64,000 nucleotides of DNA from Eubacteriales bacterium (GCA_045589515.1 JAZNPH010000050.1:72880-136879), one strand, 5' to 3'; counted from the first letter of the stretch, positions 10,001 to 20,094 are shown. The notes: generated by a model from the letters alone, not told the origin. Translations and numbers: made by a program.

Positions 10001-10014
10001 GCTTTCAAAAGGTG

Positions 10015-10206
10015 TTAATGCTTGTTGCTTTTGCTTTCAAAGGTGGCACAAACGGTATCCCCGCAGCAGCTTGCGGTGCAGGGGCCTACGCTGATTCGCT
10101 TGGCGGTGCAGTAGCACTGGCCGTCGTTGTGGACGCAATTCTGCACACTGCAGGTGATGCCGTTGATATGCTCGGGGACGCGCTTGTCGTGATCTCTGTG
10201 TTCCAT
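10015..10206 (-). CDS. DUF1540-type small cysteine-rich protein (sporulation-associated family)
   Basis: 63 aa with repeated C..C....C.A..I.VG pattern (ITCSVQNCVHNDGQCYCTAKRISVG..CCGDTVCATFE). SD GGAAAGGA. Confidence 0.75.
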   Translation of the reverse strand: MEHRDHDKRVPEHINGITCSVQNCVHNDGQCYCTAKRISVGPCTASCCGDTVCATFESKSNKH

Positions 10207-10278
10207 GCTCTTTCATTCCTTTCCGTGACGCAAGAATCCTTGCGGACGGTAACAGTATTCCCGAAAGGAGGCGTTTTT

Positions 10279-10992
10279 ATGTCCTTGTTCGTCATTGCGG
10301 ATCTTCATTTGGCTCAAACCATGAATAAGCCCATGGATATCTTCGGCAGACGTTGGGAAAACCATACCCAAAGAATTTTTGAAAATTGGCAGAATACCGT
10401 TTCCGAGGAAGATACCGTGGTCATCGCAGGGGATGTTTCCTGGGGAATGCGCATTGAGGAGGCAGAGGCAGACTTCCGTTTTCTTGAATCTCTGCCGGGG
10501 CACAAGATCGTTTTGAAAGGCAACCACGATTATTGGTGGCAGACCATGAAAAAGCTGTTGGAATTCCGCGACCGTGTGGGCGCGTTTTCCGTGGATTTTT
10601 TGTTCAATAACGCCTACGAGACGGAGGATTATATCCTGTGTGGTACCCGGGGCTGGACGCTGGAGCATCAGTACAACCCGGAGGACGAGAAGATCGTCAA
10701 GCGGGAAACGGAGCGGCTGAAGAATACCTTGAAGGCGGGTAAGGCGTTGCAGGAGCAGTCTCCCGAAAAGGAGCTTTTGGTGTTCTTGCATTATCCTCCC
10801 GCTTACGGCAATCTACGCTGTGAGCCCATCTGTGAAGTTCTGCGTGAAAGCGGTGTGAAGCGGATCTTCTACGGCCATATGCATAACGCAGATCCTTCCC
10901 GATTGGTCTATCAGATTGCAGGCGCCAAAGCGGAGTTGATCGCCGCAGACTTTTTGGACTTTTGCCCGAAGAAAATCGAAAAAGAAATATAA
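10279..10992 (+). CDS. metallophosphoesterase (calcineurin-like)
   Basis: MSLFVIADLHL, GDVSWG, GNHDYWW, FLHYPP and YGHMH motifs. AAAGGAGG SD. The 10012 extension was rejected because it is antisense to the DUF1540 gene. Confidence 0.85.
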   Translation: MSLFVIADLHLAQTMNKPMDIFGRRWENHTQRIFENWQNTVSEEDTVVIAGDVSWGMRIEEAEADFRFLESLPGHKIVLKGNHDYWWQTMKKLLEFRDRVGAFSVDFLFNNAYETEDYILCGTRGWTLEHQYNPEDEKIVKRETERLKNTLKAGKALQEQSPEKELLVFLHYPPAYGNLRCEPICEVLRESGVKRIFYGHMHNADPSRLVYQIAGAKAELIAADFLDFCPKKIEKEI

Positions 10993-11056
10993 ACCGCCCA
11001 TGGTGGGTTTGCATACACTTTTATAAAGCAAACCAACGGAAAGGGCGGTTTTTTTT
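10992..11056 (+). terminator. long two-helix intrinsic terminator filling the whole gap up to the next start codon
   Basis: AACCGCCC...GGTTTGC-loop-GCAAACC...GGGCGGTT followed by TTTTTTTT. The next ATG is at 11061. Confidence 0.55.
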
Positions 11057-11060
11057 GAGC

Positions 11061-12179
11061 ATGCATTTTGAGACCCGCGCCTCCCACGGGGGCGGGACAA
11101 AGGGATATGAAGGAGCTATCAGCTTCCCCATCTTCCAAACCTCTACCTATCAGGCGGGGGGAGAGTTTTCCTATTCCCGCTGTGAAAATCCCACGCGGAA
11201 GGAGCTGGAGCATACCGTGGCGGCCTTGGAGGAGGGGACCTACGGCTTTTCTTTTTCCTCGGGGCTTGCAGCTGTCAGCAGCGTGTTTTCTCTGCTCACG
11301 GCGGGGGATCACGTGCTGATCTCCGACGATCTTTACGGCGGGACGTACCGCCTCATTCGGGAGATCTGGTCCCGCTTCGGGATCGACTTCACCTTTACGG
11401 ATCTGCGTGAGATGGATCGCCTGGAGGGGTATTTACGCCCCCGCACCAAGCTGATCTTTGCAGAGACCCCCACCAACCCCATGATGAAAGTGCTTCCTTT
11501 GGCCGGGCTTGCCGCCTTGGCGGCAGATCGGGGGATCTTGTTTGCGGTGGACAACACCTTCCTAACCCCTTATTTCCAAAAGCCCTTGACCTTGGGGGCG
11601 GATATCGTAGTACATTCGGGAACAAAATTTCTTTCGGGACATCACGACACGGTGTGCGGCTTTGCGGTGACCTCCTCGGAGGAGCTGGCAAAGCATTTGG
11701 GGATGATCGGCAGAACCCTGGGTAATGCCGCTTCCCCCTTCGACAGCTGGCTTGCCCTGAGGGGGATCCAGACCTTGCCTTTACGGATGGAAAAGCACGC
11801 CGCCAACGCCATGGCCGCCGCCAAGTATCTGGAAGCTCACCCCCGGGTGGAGCGGGTGTTCTACCCGGGCCTGCCTTCCCATCCTTCCTTTGAACTGATG
11901 AAAAAGCAGACAGCCGGTTCGGGGGGCGTCTTGTCCTTCCTGTTGAAGGATGACGGGGTGGAAAGGGTGCTAAGCGGAGGTAAGCTGATCCGTTTTGCGG
12001 AAAGCCTGGGAGGCACCACCTCACTCATCACTTATCCCCAAACACAAACGCACGCCTCTGTTCCCAAAGACGTGCGTGAAAGGATCGGTATTACGCCCCG
12101 CTTGCTCCGCCTTTCTCTGGGGCTGGAGCACATTGAGGATCTTCTTGAAGATCTGGAGCAAATGCTTAGCAGAAAATAA
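11061..12179 (+). CDS. PLP-dependent trans-sulfuration enzyme (cystathionine beta-lyase / gamma-synthase family)
   Basis: MHFETRASHGG N-terminus and the PLP lysine context HSGTKFLSGHHD. 372 aa. Confidence 0.85.
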   Translation: MHFETRASHGGGTKGYEGAISFPIFQTSTYQAGGEFSYSRCENPTRKELEHTVAALEEGTYGFSFSSGLAAVSSVFSLLTAGDHVLISDDLYGGTYRLIREIWSRFGIDFTFTDLREMDRLEGYLRPRTKLIFAETPTNPMMKVLPLAGLAALAADRGILFAVDNTFLTPYFQKPLTLGADIVVHSGTKFLSGHHDTVCGFAVTSSEELAKHLGMIGRTLGNAASPFDSWLALRGIQTLPLRMEKHAANAMAAAKYLEAHPRVERVFYPGLPSHPSFELMKKQTAGSGGVLSFLLKDDGVERVLSGGKLIRFAESLGGTTSLITYPQTQTHASVPKDVRERIGITPRLLRLSLGLEHIEDLLEDLEQMLSRK

Positions 12180-13338
12180 CGTGATCGGTCTCCATGGCGC
12201 GGGCAACCAGGCCTTCTACGTCCAGCTTGGCTTCCTCCTCCAGCACCGATTCCAGCTTGGGATGGGTGTTGGGGTGCCTGGGAGTGAACATGGCACAACA
12301 ATCCTCGTAGGGCAGGGTGGAGATGTCAAAGGTGCCCATCTGTCTGGCGCGTACCACGATCTCCTCCTTGTCCAGCCCGATACAGGGACGGAAGATAGGG
12401 ATGTTTGCCGCCTGGTCGGTGACCACCATGGAAAGCATGGTCTGTGAAGCCACCTGTCCGATGGATTCCCCGGTGATCAAAGCGGAAGCCTCCGCCTTGA
12501 TGGCCGCCTGCTCGGCACAGCGTACCATGAAACGGCGCAACAGCAAAGTGAACAAACGCTCCTCGCAGTTGGCGGCAATGGCCTCCTGTACCTCGGTGAG
12601 GCTGATACAGTGGAGACGGATCACCCCGGCGTATTCCGCCAGTTTTTTGGCGAGAGCAACCACCTTTTCCTTGGCGGCTTCGGAGGTGTAGGGGGGCGTT
12701 TCAAAGTATACCGCCTCCAGGCGAACCCCTCGCTTGGCGGTCATGTGTCCCGCCACGGGGGAGTCGATGCCGCCGGAAAGCAACAGCATGGCCTTGCCCT
12801 CACATCCAACGGGAATGCCGCCCGCACCCTTCTCCCGCTTGCCGTGGAGAATGGCGGTCTGATCGCGGATCTCAATCATCACCGTGACCTCGGGGTTCTG
12901 CACGTCCACCGTCAGGTAGGGCAGAGTCTCCAGCAGAACGGCGCCGCACTCGGTGCAGATCTGGGGGGAGGTGAGGGGGAACTTCTTGTCGCTTCGTTTG
13001 GCGTCGCACTTGAAGGTCTTTGCACTGCCCACCAGCTCCTCGCCGTGTTCCCGCAAAACGTCGCAGATCACGTCCATATCCTTTTCGCATTCGATGCCGC
13101 GGCAGACGGTGACGATGCCGAACACCTTCTTCAGAAGCTCTGCGGCGATGTCCATGTCACAGCCTTCCTTGCCCCGTACGAACATGATGGACTGGGCGTA
13201 GACCAGCTCGTATTCGCCGGGGGCCCGCTTCAAGGCTCTCCGCACGTTCTTCTCCAGAAGCTGGTTGAAGTAGTTGCGGTTCAATCCCTTCAGCACGATC
13301 TCGCCGTATTTCAAAAGAATGACTTCGTTGGTATTCAT
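12166..13338 (-). CDS. thiI: tRNA 4-thiouridine(8) synthase ThiI
   Basis: ILLKYGEIVLKGLNR (THUMP region) and the PP-loop LLLSGGIDSPVA. ATGA overlap with the upstream cysteine desulfurase. Confidence 0.92.
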   Translation of the reverse strand: MNTNEVILLKYGEIVLKGLNRNYFNQLLEKNVRRALKRAPGEYELVYAQSIMFVRGKEGCDMDIAAELLKKVFGIVTVCRGIECEKDMDVICDVLREHGEELVGSAKTFKCDAKRSDKKFPLTSPQICTECGAVLLETLPYLTVDVQNPEVTVMIEIRDQTAILHGKREKGAGGIPVGCEGKAMLLLSGGIDSPVAGHMTAKRGVRLEAVYFETPPYTSEAAKEKVVALAKKLAEYAGVIRLHCISLTEVQEAIAANCEERLFTLLLRRFMVRCAEQAAIKAEASALITGESIGQVASQTMLSMVVTDQAANIPIFRPCIGLDKEEIVVRARQMGTFDISTLPYEDCCAMFTPRHPNTHPKLESVLEEEAKLDVEGLVARAMETDHVIFC

Positions 13339-14465
13339 CGTTTCAATTTCGCGCATTCCCGCAAAGCATCGCAAAGCAGAGCGCATTCCTCTCCGGTATT
13401 TCTGATATCAAAGCTCAGTCGCAGGGAGGTCTCGATCTCCTCTGCAGGCAACCCGAAGGCAGACAGCACGGGGTTGCCTTTTTTCTTTTCCCTGGCGGAG
13501 CAAGCGCTTCCGGCGGAAACGCAAATTCCTTTTGCCGCAAGGAAGTTTAACGCCCAGGAGCTGAGCACTCCGGGGATGCTGATGTGCAGGATATTGGGCA
13601 GATGCACGGGAGGGATATGCAGGATCACCCCGCTGCCCTCCAGCCCGTTGACCACCTGCTCCCGCAGGGAGGCCAGGTAGGGGAGACGTTCTTTGTCATT
13701 CCACGCCTTTTCCGCCGCTGCGCCGAAGGCGGCAATGGCAGGCACGTTTTCCGTGCCGGAGCGCAGACCGTTTTCCTGTCCGCCCCCCAAAAGATAGGCA
13801 GGCAGATTGCGGATCTTTTCGCTGACATACAATGCTCCCGCGCCCTTCAGTCCGCCGATCTTATGGGCGGAGAGGGTCACCAGGTCGCAAATGCTTGCAA
13901 GACGGTCGTTTTCGATCTTCAAAAAGCCCTGGACCCCGTCGCAATGCAGGGGGGCATCCGTGCCGCAGAGGGTCATGATCTTCCGCACCCTCGCCAGATC
14001 GTACACCGCACCGGTCTCGTTGTTGGCCCGCATGATGGAAAGGAAAGCCACAGGCTCTTGAAGCTCGTTCTTCAACCGATCGAGATCCAATACGCCGCCC
14101 TTGGTGGACAAGCGCACAACGGAAAAGCCTTCCTTCTCCAAGGTCTTCAAAGGCTCTGCCACGGAAGGATGCTCGCTGTCGGTGGTGATGATCTTCTTCG
14201 CCCGCTTGCCCCTGGTCTTTGCCAGACCGAAGATGGCTTGGTTGTTGGCCTCTGTGCCGCAGGACACGAAGGTGATCCGTTCCGGCTGACAGCGCAAAGC
14301 AGTCGCCACCTGCCTGCGGGCGGTATCCACCATCCCCTTGGCGGCAAGACCCGCCCCGTGGAGGGAAGAAGGGTTGCCGTATTCGGTATATGCACGCTCT
14401 GCCGCCTCCAACGCTTCCTTCACGGGAGGCGCCGTGGCCGCAGAATCAAAATAAAGATATGCCAT
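13335..14465 (-). CDS. cysteine desulfurase (NifS/NifZ-like, partner of ThiI)
   Basis: YFDSAATAP, GNPSSLH, SAHKIGG (PLP Lys), and the active-site region SAGSACS. Confidence 0.9.
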   Translation of the reverse strand: MAYLYFDSAATAPPVKEALEAAERAYTEYGNPSSLHGAGLAAKGMVDTARRQVATALRCQPERITFVSCGTEANNQAIFGLAKTRGKRAKKIITTDSEHPSVAEPLKTLEKEGFSVVRLSTKGGVLDLDRLKNELQEPVAFLSIMRANNETGAVYDLARVRKIMTLCGTDAPLHCDGVQGFLKIENDRLASICDLVTLSAHKIGGLKGAGALYVSEKIRNLPAYLLGGGQENGLRSGTENVPAIAAFGAAAEKAWNDKERLPYLASLREQVVNGLEGSGVILHIPPVHLPNILHISIPGVLSSWALNFLAAKGICVSAGSACSAREKKKGNPVLSAFGLPAEEIETSLRLSFDIRNTGEECALLCDALRECAKLKR

Positions 14466-14494
14466 GTTGTTACTCCGTTTTGCGGTATCGTCCT

Positions 14495-14523
14495 ATTGTA
14501 ACACGCAAAAGCGGTTCCGTCAA
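14495..14523 (-). promoter_or_regulatory. sigma-A promoter for the desulfurase-thiI pair
   Basis: On the minus strand: TTGACG, 17 nt spacer, TGT-TACAAT. Confidence 0.5.
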
Positions 14524-14619
14524 CCGTTTTTTGCACCCCTTTTCGGGAAAAGTGGCCGGGATAATCATTAACAATTTGTAAATTTTTGCTTTTCGCTTGC
14601 CTTGTGCCAAAATTTCCTA

Positions 14620-14648
14620 TTTACAGAAAGGAAAAAAAGGAGTATAAT
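14620..14648 (+). promoter_or_regulatory. sigma-A promoter for rny
   Basis: TTTACA, 17 nt spacer, TATAAT. An approximately 125-nt leader follows, containing the hairpin ATCGAA/TTCGAT. Confidence 0.5.
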
Positions 14649-14777
14649 GTGGGTTGATCGAATGCTTTTTCGATTTTATATAGATGTGACATAGATGTAC
14701 AACCCAAAAAGCGCAGAATGCATTCCATATAGAATTCGGGAAAGCATAGGTTTGAATATATATCAGGAGGCAAATCT

Positions 14778-16328
14778 ATGGGACCCTTTGAGATTGCTGT
14801 CACCGTCGGCGCCGCCGCCGTTGCAGCCGTGGTCTTCTTTGTGATCGGTTATTTCCTTCGGAAAGCCACCGCAGAGAAGAAGATCCATTCCGCCGAAGCG
14901 GAATCCAAGAGACTGGTAGACGAGGCGAAGAAAGATGCCGAGGCTGCCAAAAAAGAGATTCTCGTCGAAGCCAAGGACGAGGCATTCAAGATCAAGAACG
15001 AAGCTGAGCGCGAAGCGAAGGAACGCCGTACCGAGGTACAGCGTCAGGAGCGCCGCGTTTCCCAAAAAGAAGAGAACTTAGACCGCAAGCTGGAAAACCT
15101 TGAAAAGAAGGAAGAGCAGCTGAACAACAAGATCAAAGCCAACGAAGAACGTAAGGTGGAGATCGAAAAGTGCATTGCAGAGCAAAGCGAGCTTCTCCAG
15201 CGCATCGCAGAGATGACCATGGAGGAGGCACGCGACGAGCTCATGTCCCGCGCCGAAAGCGAGACCCGCCACGAGCTGGCCATGAAGCTTTCCGAGCTGG
15301 AAGAGGAATACAAAGAGGTGGCAGAGGATAAGGCGAAGAACCTCATCGCCCTGGCCATCCAGCGTTGCGCCGCGGACAGCGTTTCCGAACAGACTGTTTC
15401 CGTGGTTGCCCTGCCCAACGACGAAATGAAGGGCCGTATCATCGGCCGCGAGGGCAGAAATATCCGTGCTATCGAGACCTTGACCGGGGTTGACCTGATC
15501 ATCGACGATACTCCCGAGGCCATTGCCATCTCCACCTTCGATCCCGTACGGAGAGAGGTTGCCCGTCTGGCGCTGGAGAAGCTGGTCTCCGACGGCAGAA
15601 TCCATCCCTCCCGTGTGGAAGATATGGTGGAAAAGTGCCGCAAGGAAGTGGACGTTGCCATCAAGAAGGCAGGCGAGCAGGCCACCTTCGAGACGGGTAT
15701 CCACGGTTTGAACCCCGAGCTGATCAAGCTTCTGGGCAGACTGCGCTACCGTACCAGTTACGGCCAGAACGTACTGCGCCACTCTATCGAGGTATCCTTG
15801 CTTTCCGGCATGATCGCCTCCGAGCTGGGTGTGGACGTGAACATGGCAAAGCGTGCAGGTCTGTTGCATGATATCGGTAAGGCCATGACCCACGAGATCG
15901 ACGGCTCTCACGTACAGATCGGTGTGGACATTGCCCGCAAGTATAAGGAATCCAAGGACGTGATCCACGCCATCGAGGCGCATCACGGCGATGTGGAGCC
16001 TACTACCTACATTGCCATGATCGTCCAGGCGGCAGACGCCATCTCCGCGGCTCGTCCCGGTGCACGTCGCGAGAATCTGGAAAACTACATCAAGCGCTTG
16101 CAGAAGCTGGAGGAGATCGCGAACTCCTTCAAGGGTATCGAGAAGGCCTTCGCCATCCAGGCAGGCCGCGAGATCCGCATTATGGTCAAGCCGGACGAGG
16201 TGTCGGACGACGAGATGATCTTCCTGGCACGGGACATTGCCCGCAAGGTGGAATCCGAGCTGGAGTATCCCGGTCAGATCAAGATCAACGTTGTGCGTGA
16301 GACCCGCCAGAGCGAATACGCAAAGTAA
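14778..16328 (+). CDS. rny: ribonuclease Y
   Basis: N-terminal TM, a long Lys/Glu coiled coil, KH domain ([15 protein letters not shown]), and HD domain (LLHDIGKA). Confidence 0.96.
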   Translation: MGPFEIAVTVGAAAVAAVVFFVIGYFLRKATAEKKIHSAEAESKRLVDEAKKDAEAAKKEILVEAKDEAFKIKNEAEREAKERRTEVQRQERRVSQKEENLDRKLENLEKKEEQLNNKIKANEERKVEIEKCIAEQSELLQRIAEMTMEEARDELMSRAESETRHELAMKLSELEEEYKEVAEDKAKNLIALAIQRCAADSVSEQTVSVVALPNDEMKGRIIGREGRNIRAIETLTGVDLIIDDTPEAIAISTFDPVRREVARLALEKLVSDGRIHPSRVEDMVEKCRKEVDVAIKKAGEQATFETGIHGLNPELIKLLGRLRYRTSYGQNVLRHSIEVSLLSGMIASELGVDVNMAKRAGLLHDIGKAMTHEIDGSHVQIGVDIARKYKESKDVIHAIEAHHGDVEPTTYIAMIVQAADAISAARPGARRENLENYIKRLQKLEEIANSFKGIEKAFAIQAGREIRIMVKPDEVSDDEMIFLARDIARKVESELEYPGQIKINVVRETRQSEYAK

Positions 16329-16353
16329 ACGTAAAAAATCAGAAGTTCAGGGT

Positions 16354-16378
16354 AAGGGGGTAAGATGCTTACCCCCTT
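16354..16378 (+). terminator. hairpin between rny and ymdB (weak terminator / processing stem)
   Basis: AAGGGGGTAAG / CTTACCCCCTT, 11 bp stem with loop ATG. The U-tract is poor. Confidence 0.35.
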
Positions 16379-16405
16379 GCTTCTTAGAAAGAGAGTACCC
16401 AAACC

Positions 16406-17182
16406 ATGAAGATCCTGGCAGTTGGCGACGTATACGGTCTCCCGGGCATTGCCTGTGTGGAACAGCGGTTGCGTGCTGTACGGAATGAGGAAAAGGTCGA
16501 CCTGGTGATCGTGAACGGCGAGAACTGTGCCCCCGGCAACGGCATGGACGTGCGGGGAGCAAAAGCCCTTCAGGACGCAGGCGCGGATATCCTTACCGGC
16601 GGCAATCACAGCTTGCGCCAGCTTTCCTGCCATACCTTTTTGGAGGACGAGCCCTACGTGCTCCGTCCGCTGAATTTCCCGGATATGGCTCCCGGCAAGG
16701 GCTACTGCATCTATTCCGGGCTGTTCGGCTATCGGGTGCTGGTGATCAACGCCCAGGGGCAGATCTATATGAACGCCCCGGTGGACAACCCCTTTGTGGC
16801 TGTGGAACGTCTGCTGAACCGCTTGAAGGGGCAGTACGACTTCGCCCTGTGCGATTTCCATGGGGAAGCCACCAGCGAGAAGGCGGCCTTCGTCGCTTGC
16901 TTCGATGGCAGGATCAGTGCCATCTGGGGTACTCATACCCACGTACAGACCGCAGACGAACGGGTGCTTCAGGGAGGAAGCGGCTTCATCAGCGACTTGG
17001 GCATGTGCGGGGTGGAAAACTCCATCATTGGTACCAAAAGCGAGCAGGTGGTGAAGTACTATAAAACGGGTGTCCACGCCCGTTACGAGACGGCAGAGGG
17101 CAAAACGGTGTTCTGCGGGTGCGTCTTTGAGATCGACCCGTCAAGCGGCAAATGCCTTTCCGTCAAACGGATCAGAATTTGA
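16406..17182 (+). CDS. ymdB: YmdB-family metallophosphoesterase (TIGR00282 type)
   Basis: MKILAVGDVYG..VIVNGEN...GNH motifs, in the conserved position after rny. Confidence 0.9.
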   Translation: MKILAVGDVYGLPGIACVEQRLRAVRNEEKVDLVIVNGENCAPGNGMDVRGAKALQDAGADILTGGNHSLRQLSCHTFLEDEPYVLRPLNFPDMAPGKGYCIYSGLFGYRVLVINAQGQIYMNAPVDNPFVAVERLLNRLKGQYDFALCDFHGEATSEKAAFVACFDGRISAIWGTHTHVQTADERVLQGGSGFISDLGMCGVENSIIGTKSEQVVKYYKTGVHARYETAEGKTVFCGCVFEIDPSSGKCLSVKRIRI

Positions 17183-17218
17183 AAATAACATACCAATCAA
17201 TAGAAAGGAAATCAAACC

Positions 17219-17581
17219 ATGCAGGCTATTTTGAGACCCTTGGACGCGGCCGCCGCGGCAAATACCGCAGGCTCCTCCATCACCATGATCGTGATGATCG
17301 TCGTGATGATCGGCGTGTTCTACTTTTTCCTGTACAGACCCCAGAAGAAGCAGGAGAAAGAGACCCAGGAAATGCGCAACTCCATTGAGATCGGCGACGT
17401 GATCTCCACCGTCGGCGGTATCATCGGCGTGGTCGTTCGTATCAAGGACGATATGCTTCTCATCGAAAGCGGCGCAGACCGTACCCGTATCCAGATCCAG
17501 AAGTGGGCAGTCCGCGGGGTGGAAGAACGTGCTCATCCCCAGGCTCATGAGGACAAGGACGGCAAAAAACTGAAGAAATAA
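17219..17581 (+). CDS. yajC: preprotein translocase subunit YajC
   Basis: Single TM followed by YRPQKKQ, and GDVISTVGGIIGVV. Confidence 0.9.
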   Translation: MQAILRPLDAAAAANTAGSSITMIVMIVVMIGVFYFFLYRPQKKQEKETQEMRNSIEIGDVISTVGGIIGVVVRIKDDMLLIESGADRTRIQIQKWAVRGVEERAHPQAHEDKDGKKLKK

Positions 17582-17588
17582 GTAAGAG

Positions 17589-17630
17589 AAGCATACATTG
17601 AATGATTCATTGTATGCTTCCTTCTTTTAT
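17589..17630 (+). terminator. intrinsic terminator after yajC
   Basis: GAAGCATACA / TGTATGCTTC stem followed by CTTCTTTTATT. Confidence 0.5.
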
Positions 17631-17645
17631 TGAAAGGACAAAACT

Positions 17646-18872
17646 ATGAATAAAACCATGCAGAGAAAATACGCCCGCCTTCTGGTGCGTATGGGTGTCA
17701 ACGTGCAGAAAGGGCAGACCTTGATCATCCGTGCCCAGACGGAGGTATATCCCTTTGTGGAGATCCTTGCCGACGAGGCCTATAAGGCCGGTGCTGGGGA
17801 CGTGCAGATCGAGTGGAGCAACCAGACCCTCACTAAGTTGGACTACCGCCACCGTACCCTCACCTCTCTTTCCAAGGTGGAGGAATGGGAGGAAGCCAAG
17901 ATGAAGTTCCAGGCAGACACCCTGCCCGCCATGATTCGCCTTTGCTCCGAGGATCCCGACGGCTTGAAGGGGATGAACCAGGAGAAGGTGCGCAAGGTAG
18001 GCCAGCGCCGCTATCCCATCTTCCGCCCCTACCGTGAGCAGATGGAAAACCGTTACCAGTGGCTTGTGGCGGCAGTTCCCGGCAAGGCCTGGGCGAAGAA
18101 GGTATTCCCCGGTGAGCGTCCCGCCGCCGCTGTGGAAAAGCTTTGGAATGCCATTCTGGAATGCTGTCTGGTCACCCCCGACAACGATCCCATCGCCGCA
18201 TGGCAGGAAAAGAACCGTATCATGGCGGAAAAGTGCGAAAAACTGAACGCATACCGCTTTGAGTATCTGGAATATAAGAACAGCCTGGGCACGGATTTCC
18301 GTTGCACCCTGATGCCCAAGTCCCTTTGGTGCGCAGGCGGGGAAAAGACCCTGGGCGGCACCTTCTTCAACCCCAATATGCCTACGGAGGAGGTGTTTAC
18401 CACCCCCTGGAAGGGCAAGTGCGACGGTAAGCTGGTAGCGTCCATGCCCCTGTCCCGCCAGGGTACTCTCATCGACGGCTTCTGGATCGAATACAAGGAC
18501 GGCAAGGCTGTGAATTGGGATGCAGCCACCGGCAAGGATGCCTTGGACGCCTTGATGACCTCCGACGAGGGGGCCTTGATGCTGGGCGAATTGGCCCTGG
18601 TGCCCTACGATTCTCCCATCAGCAACCAGAAGATCCTGTATTACAACACCCTGTTTGACGAAAACGCAAGCTGTCACGTTGCCGTGGGCAGAGGGTACAG
18701 CAATTGCGTGGAGGGCTTTGAGAACATGACCAAGGCCGAGCTGGACGAGGTGGGCGTCAACGACTCCCAGGTTCACGTGGACTTTATGATCGGCACCCCC
18801 GATATGTCCATCATCGGCTGGAAGGACGGGAAGGCAACTCCCATCTTCGCAGACGGCAACTGGGCTCTGTAA
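17646..18872 (+). CDS. M29-family aminopeptidase (AmpS/PepS type)
   Basis: 408 aa, YARLLV..GVNVQKGQ.L.I.. N-terminus. Length is typical of aminopeptidase S/T. Confidence 0.85.
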   Translation: MNKTMQRKYARLLVRMGVNVQKGQTLIIRAQTEVYPFVEILADEAYKAGAGDVQIEWSNQTLTKLDYRHRTLTSLSKVEEWEEAKMKFQADTLPAMIRLCSEDPDGLKGMNQEKVRKVGQRRYPIFRPYREQMENRYQWLVAAVPGKAWAKKVFPGERPAAAVEKLWNAILECCLVTPDNDPIAAWQEKNRIMAEKCEKLNAYRFEYLEYKNSLGTDFRCTLMPKSLWCAGGEKTLGGTFFNPNMPTEEVFTTPWKGKCDGKLVASMPLSRQGTLIDGFWIEYKDGKAVNWDAATGKDALDALMTSDEGALMLGELALVPYDSPISNQKILYYNTLFDENASCHVAVGRGYSNCVEGFENMTKAELDEVGVNDSQVHVDFMIGTPDMSIIGWKDGKATPIFADGNWAL

Positions 18873-18877
18873 GCGTT

Positions 18878-19225
18878 ATGGAAGAATTGAAGCAGTTAAA
18901 AGCGGAGTTGGCGGAGGAGATCGAGGCCGCCACCCTTCTGCTGGACGACCGTCTGTATACCATGAAAAGCTATTTCGATCTGGTTTCCGCCATCGGCTAC
19001 GCCAAGGTGGTGATGGCAGAGGAGGCGGCAAAAGAAGCCTTGGAGGAAGCCTTGGCGTCTATTCATGAGGCCTTGGACGAAATGGAACTGCGGGAAGAGG
19101 CTCCCACAGAGGAGAAGCCCGCCCCCAAAAAGAAAAATTACACCCCGCTTCTGGTGGCAGGCGCCTTCTGCGGCGGATTGCTGTTGGGGAAATACGCTTG
19201 GAAGAAAGGAAAAAAGAAAAAATGA
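18878..19225 (+). CDS. tail-anchored coiled-coil protein, unknown function
   Basis: 115 aa. Acidic helical N-terminus, C-terminal TM (LLVAGAFCGGLLLGKYAW) and a KKGKKKK tail. Confidence 0.6.
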   Translation: MEELKQLKAELAEEIEAATLLLDDRLYTMKSYFDLVSAIGYAKVVMAEEAAKEALEEALASIHEALDEMELREEAPTEEKPAPKKKNYTPLLVAGAFCGGLLLGKYAWKKGKKKK

Positions 19226-20049
19226 AAGCATTCAAATTGGGCGTGCAGTTGTACTCCGTGAGAGACGATGCCGCAAAGGATATCGAAGCCACCCTGAAGG
19301 CCGTAAAAGAAATGGGCTACGACGGCGTGGAGCTGGCAGGGCTGTACGGCAAGACTCCCGAGGAGCTGAAGGCTCTGGCGGAATCCGTGGGTCTGGAGAT
19401 CATCTCCGCCCATACCGGCCTTTGGGAGACCCGCGGCATGGGCGCAAAAGCCGTTGCAGAGCAGTATCGCAAGGCGGGATGCCGCTACGTCGCTGTGGCA
19501 AGCATGGCGGACGCAGACAGACCGAACGGTGCAAACTTCGAGAAAGCCGCCGCAGAGGTGGCAGAGCTGGCGGAAGCCTGCAAGGCAGAGGGCATGACTC
19601 TGCTGTACCACAACCACGATTTTGAATTCTTCGTGCTTCCCGACGGCAGATTCTCCCTGGAAGCCATCTACGCCTGTGCCGGCGACGACCTGTTGCAGAC
19701 GGAGATCGACGTTTGCTGGGCAAAGACCGCAGGGAATGATCCCGCCGCCTTGGTGCGTAAGTACGCGGGCAGAGCGCCCCTGGTGCATCTCAAGGACTTC
19801 TCCGGTATTCCCGAGCAAAGTCGATACGACAACTTCGGGCTGAAGTTCACCCGCCCCGCGGATGCAGAGCCCTTCTCTTTGCAGCCCGTGGGCAGAGGAT
19901 GCCAGGATATTCCCTCCATTCTCGCCGCCGCAGAGGAAGCAGGCACGGAATGGCTCATCGTAGAGCAGGACGAGCCTGCCGCAGGGGACACCCCCATGGA
20001 GTCCATCGCATACTCCGCAACCTATATGAACACCCTTTTGGGAAGATAA
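19222..20049 (+). CDS. sugar phosphate isomerase/epimerase (xylose-isomerase-like TIM barrel)
   Basis: ATGA-coupled start MKAFKLGVQLYSVRD, and ..EWLIVEQD near the C-terminus. Its last 69 nt are duplicated at 21805-21873. Confidence 0.8.
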   Translation: MKAFKLGVQLYSVRDDAAKDIEATLKAVKEMGYDGVELAGLYGKTPEELKALAESVGLEIISAHTGLWETRGMGAKAVAEQYRKAGCRYVAVASMADADRPNGANFEKAAAEVAELAEACKAEGMTLLYHNHDFEFFVLPDGRFSLEAIYACAGDDLLQTEIDVCWAKTAGNDPAALVRKYAGRAPLVHLKDFSGIPEQSRYDNFGLKFTRPADAEPFSLQPVGRGCQDIPSILAAAEEAGTEWLIVEQDEPAAGDTPMESIAYSATYMNTLLGR

Positions 20050-20057
20050 GCTATCAA

Positions 20058-20082
20058 GGCTCCGCTTTTGCGGAGCCTTTTT
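20058..20082 (+). terminator. intrinsic terminator after the isomerase gene
   Basis: GGCTCCGC-TTTT-GCGGAGCC followed by TTTTT. Confidence 0.6.
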
Positions 20083-20094
20083 GCGTGAGCGGTT

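Noticed and set aside
10012-10278. N-terminal extension of the phosphoesterase ORF, which would give a 326-aa version.
   Set aside because: The extension is antisense to the well-formed DUF1540 gene. A perfect AAAGGAGG SD precedes the internal ATG at 10279, where the conserved DLH metallophosphoesterase N-terminus begins.
14559-14573. A Fur/PerR-type 7-1-7 box, GGATAATCATTAACA. It matches TGATAATNATTATCA at 13 of 15 positions and sits upstream of the cysteine desulfurase promoter.
   Set aside because: It lies 36 nt upstream of the -35 rather than overlapping the promoter. It has two mismatches and sits in generally AT-rich spacer DNA. No fur gene or iron-uptake context is available to support it.
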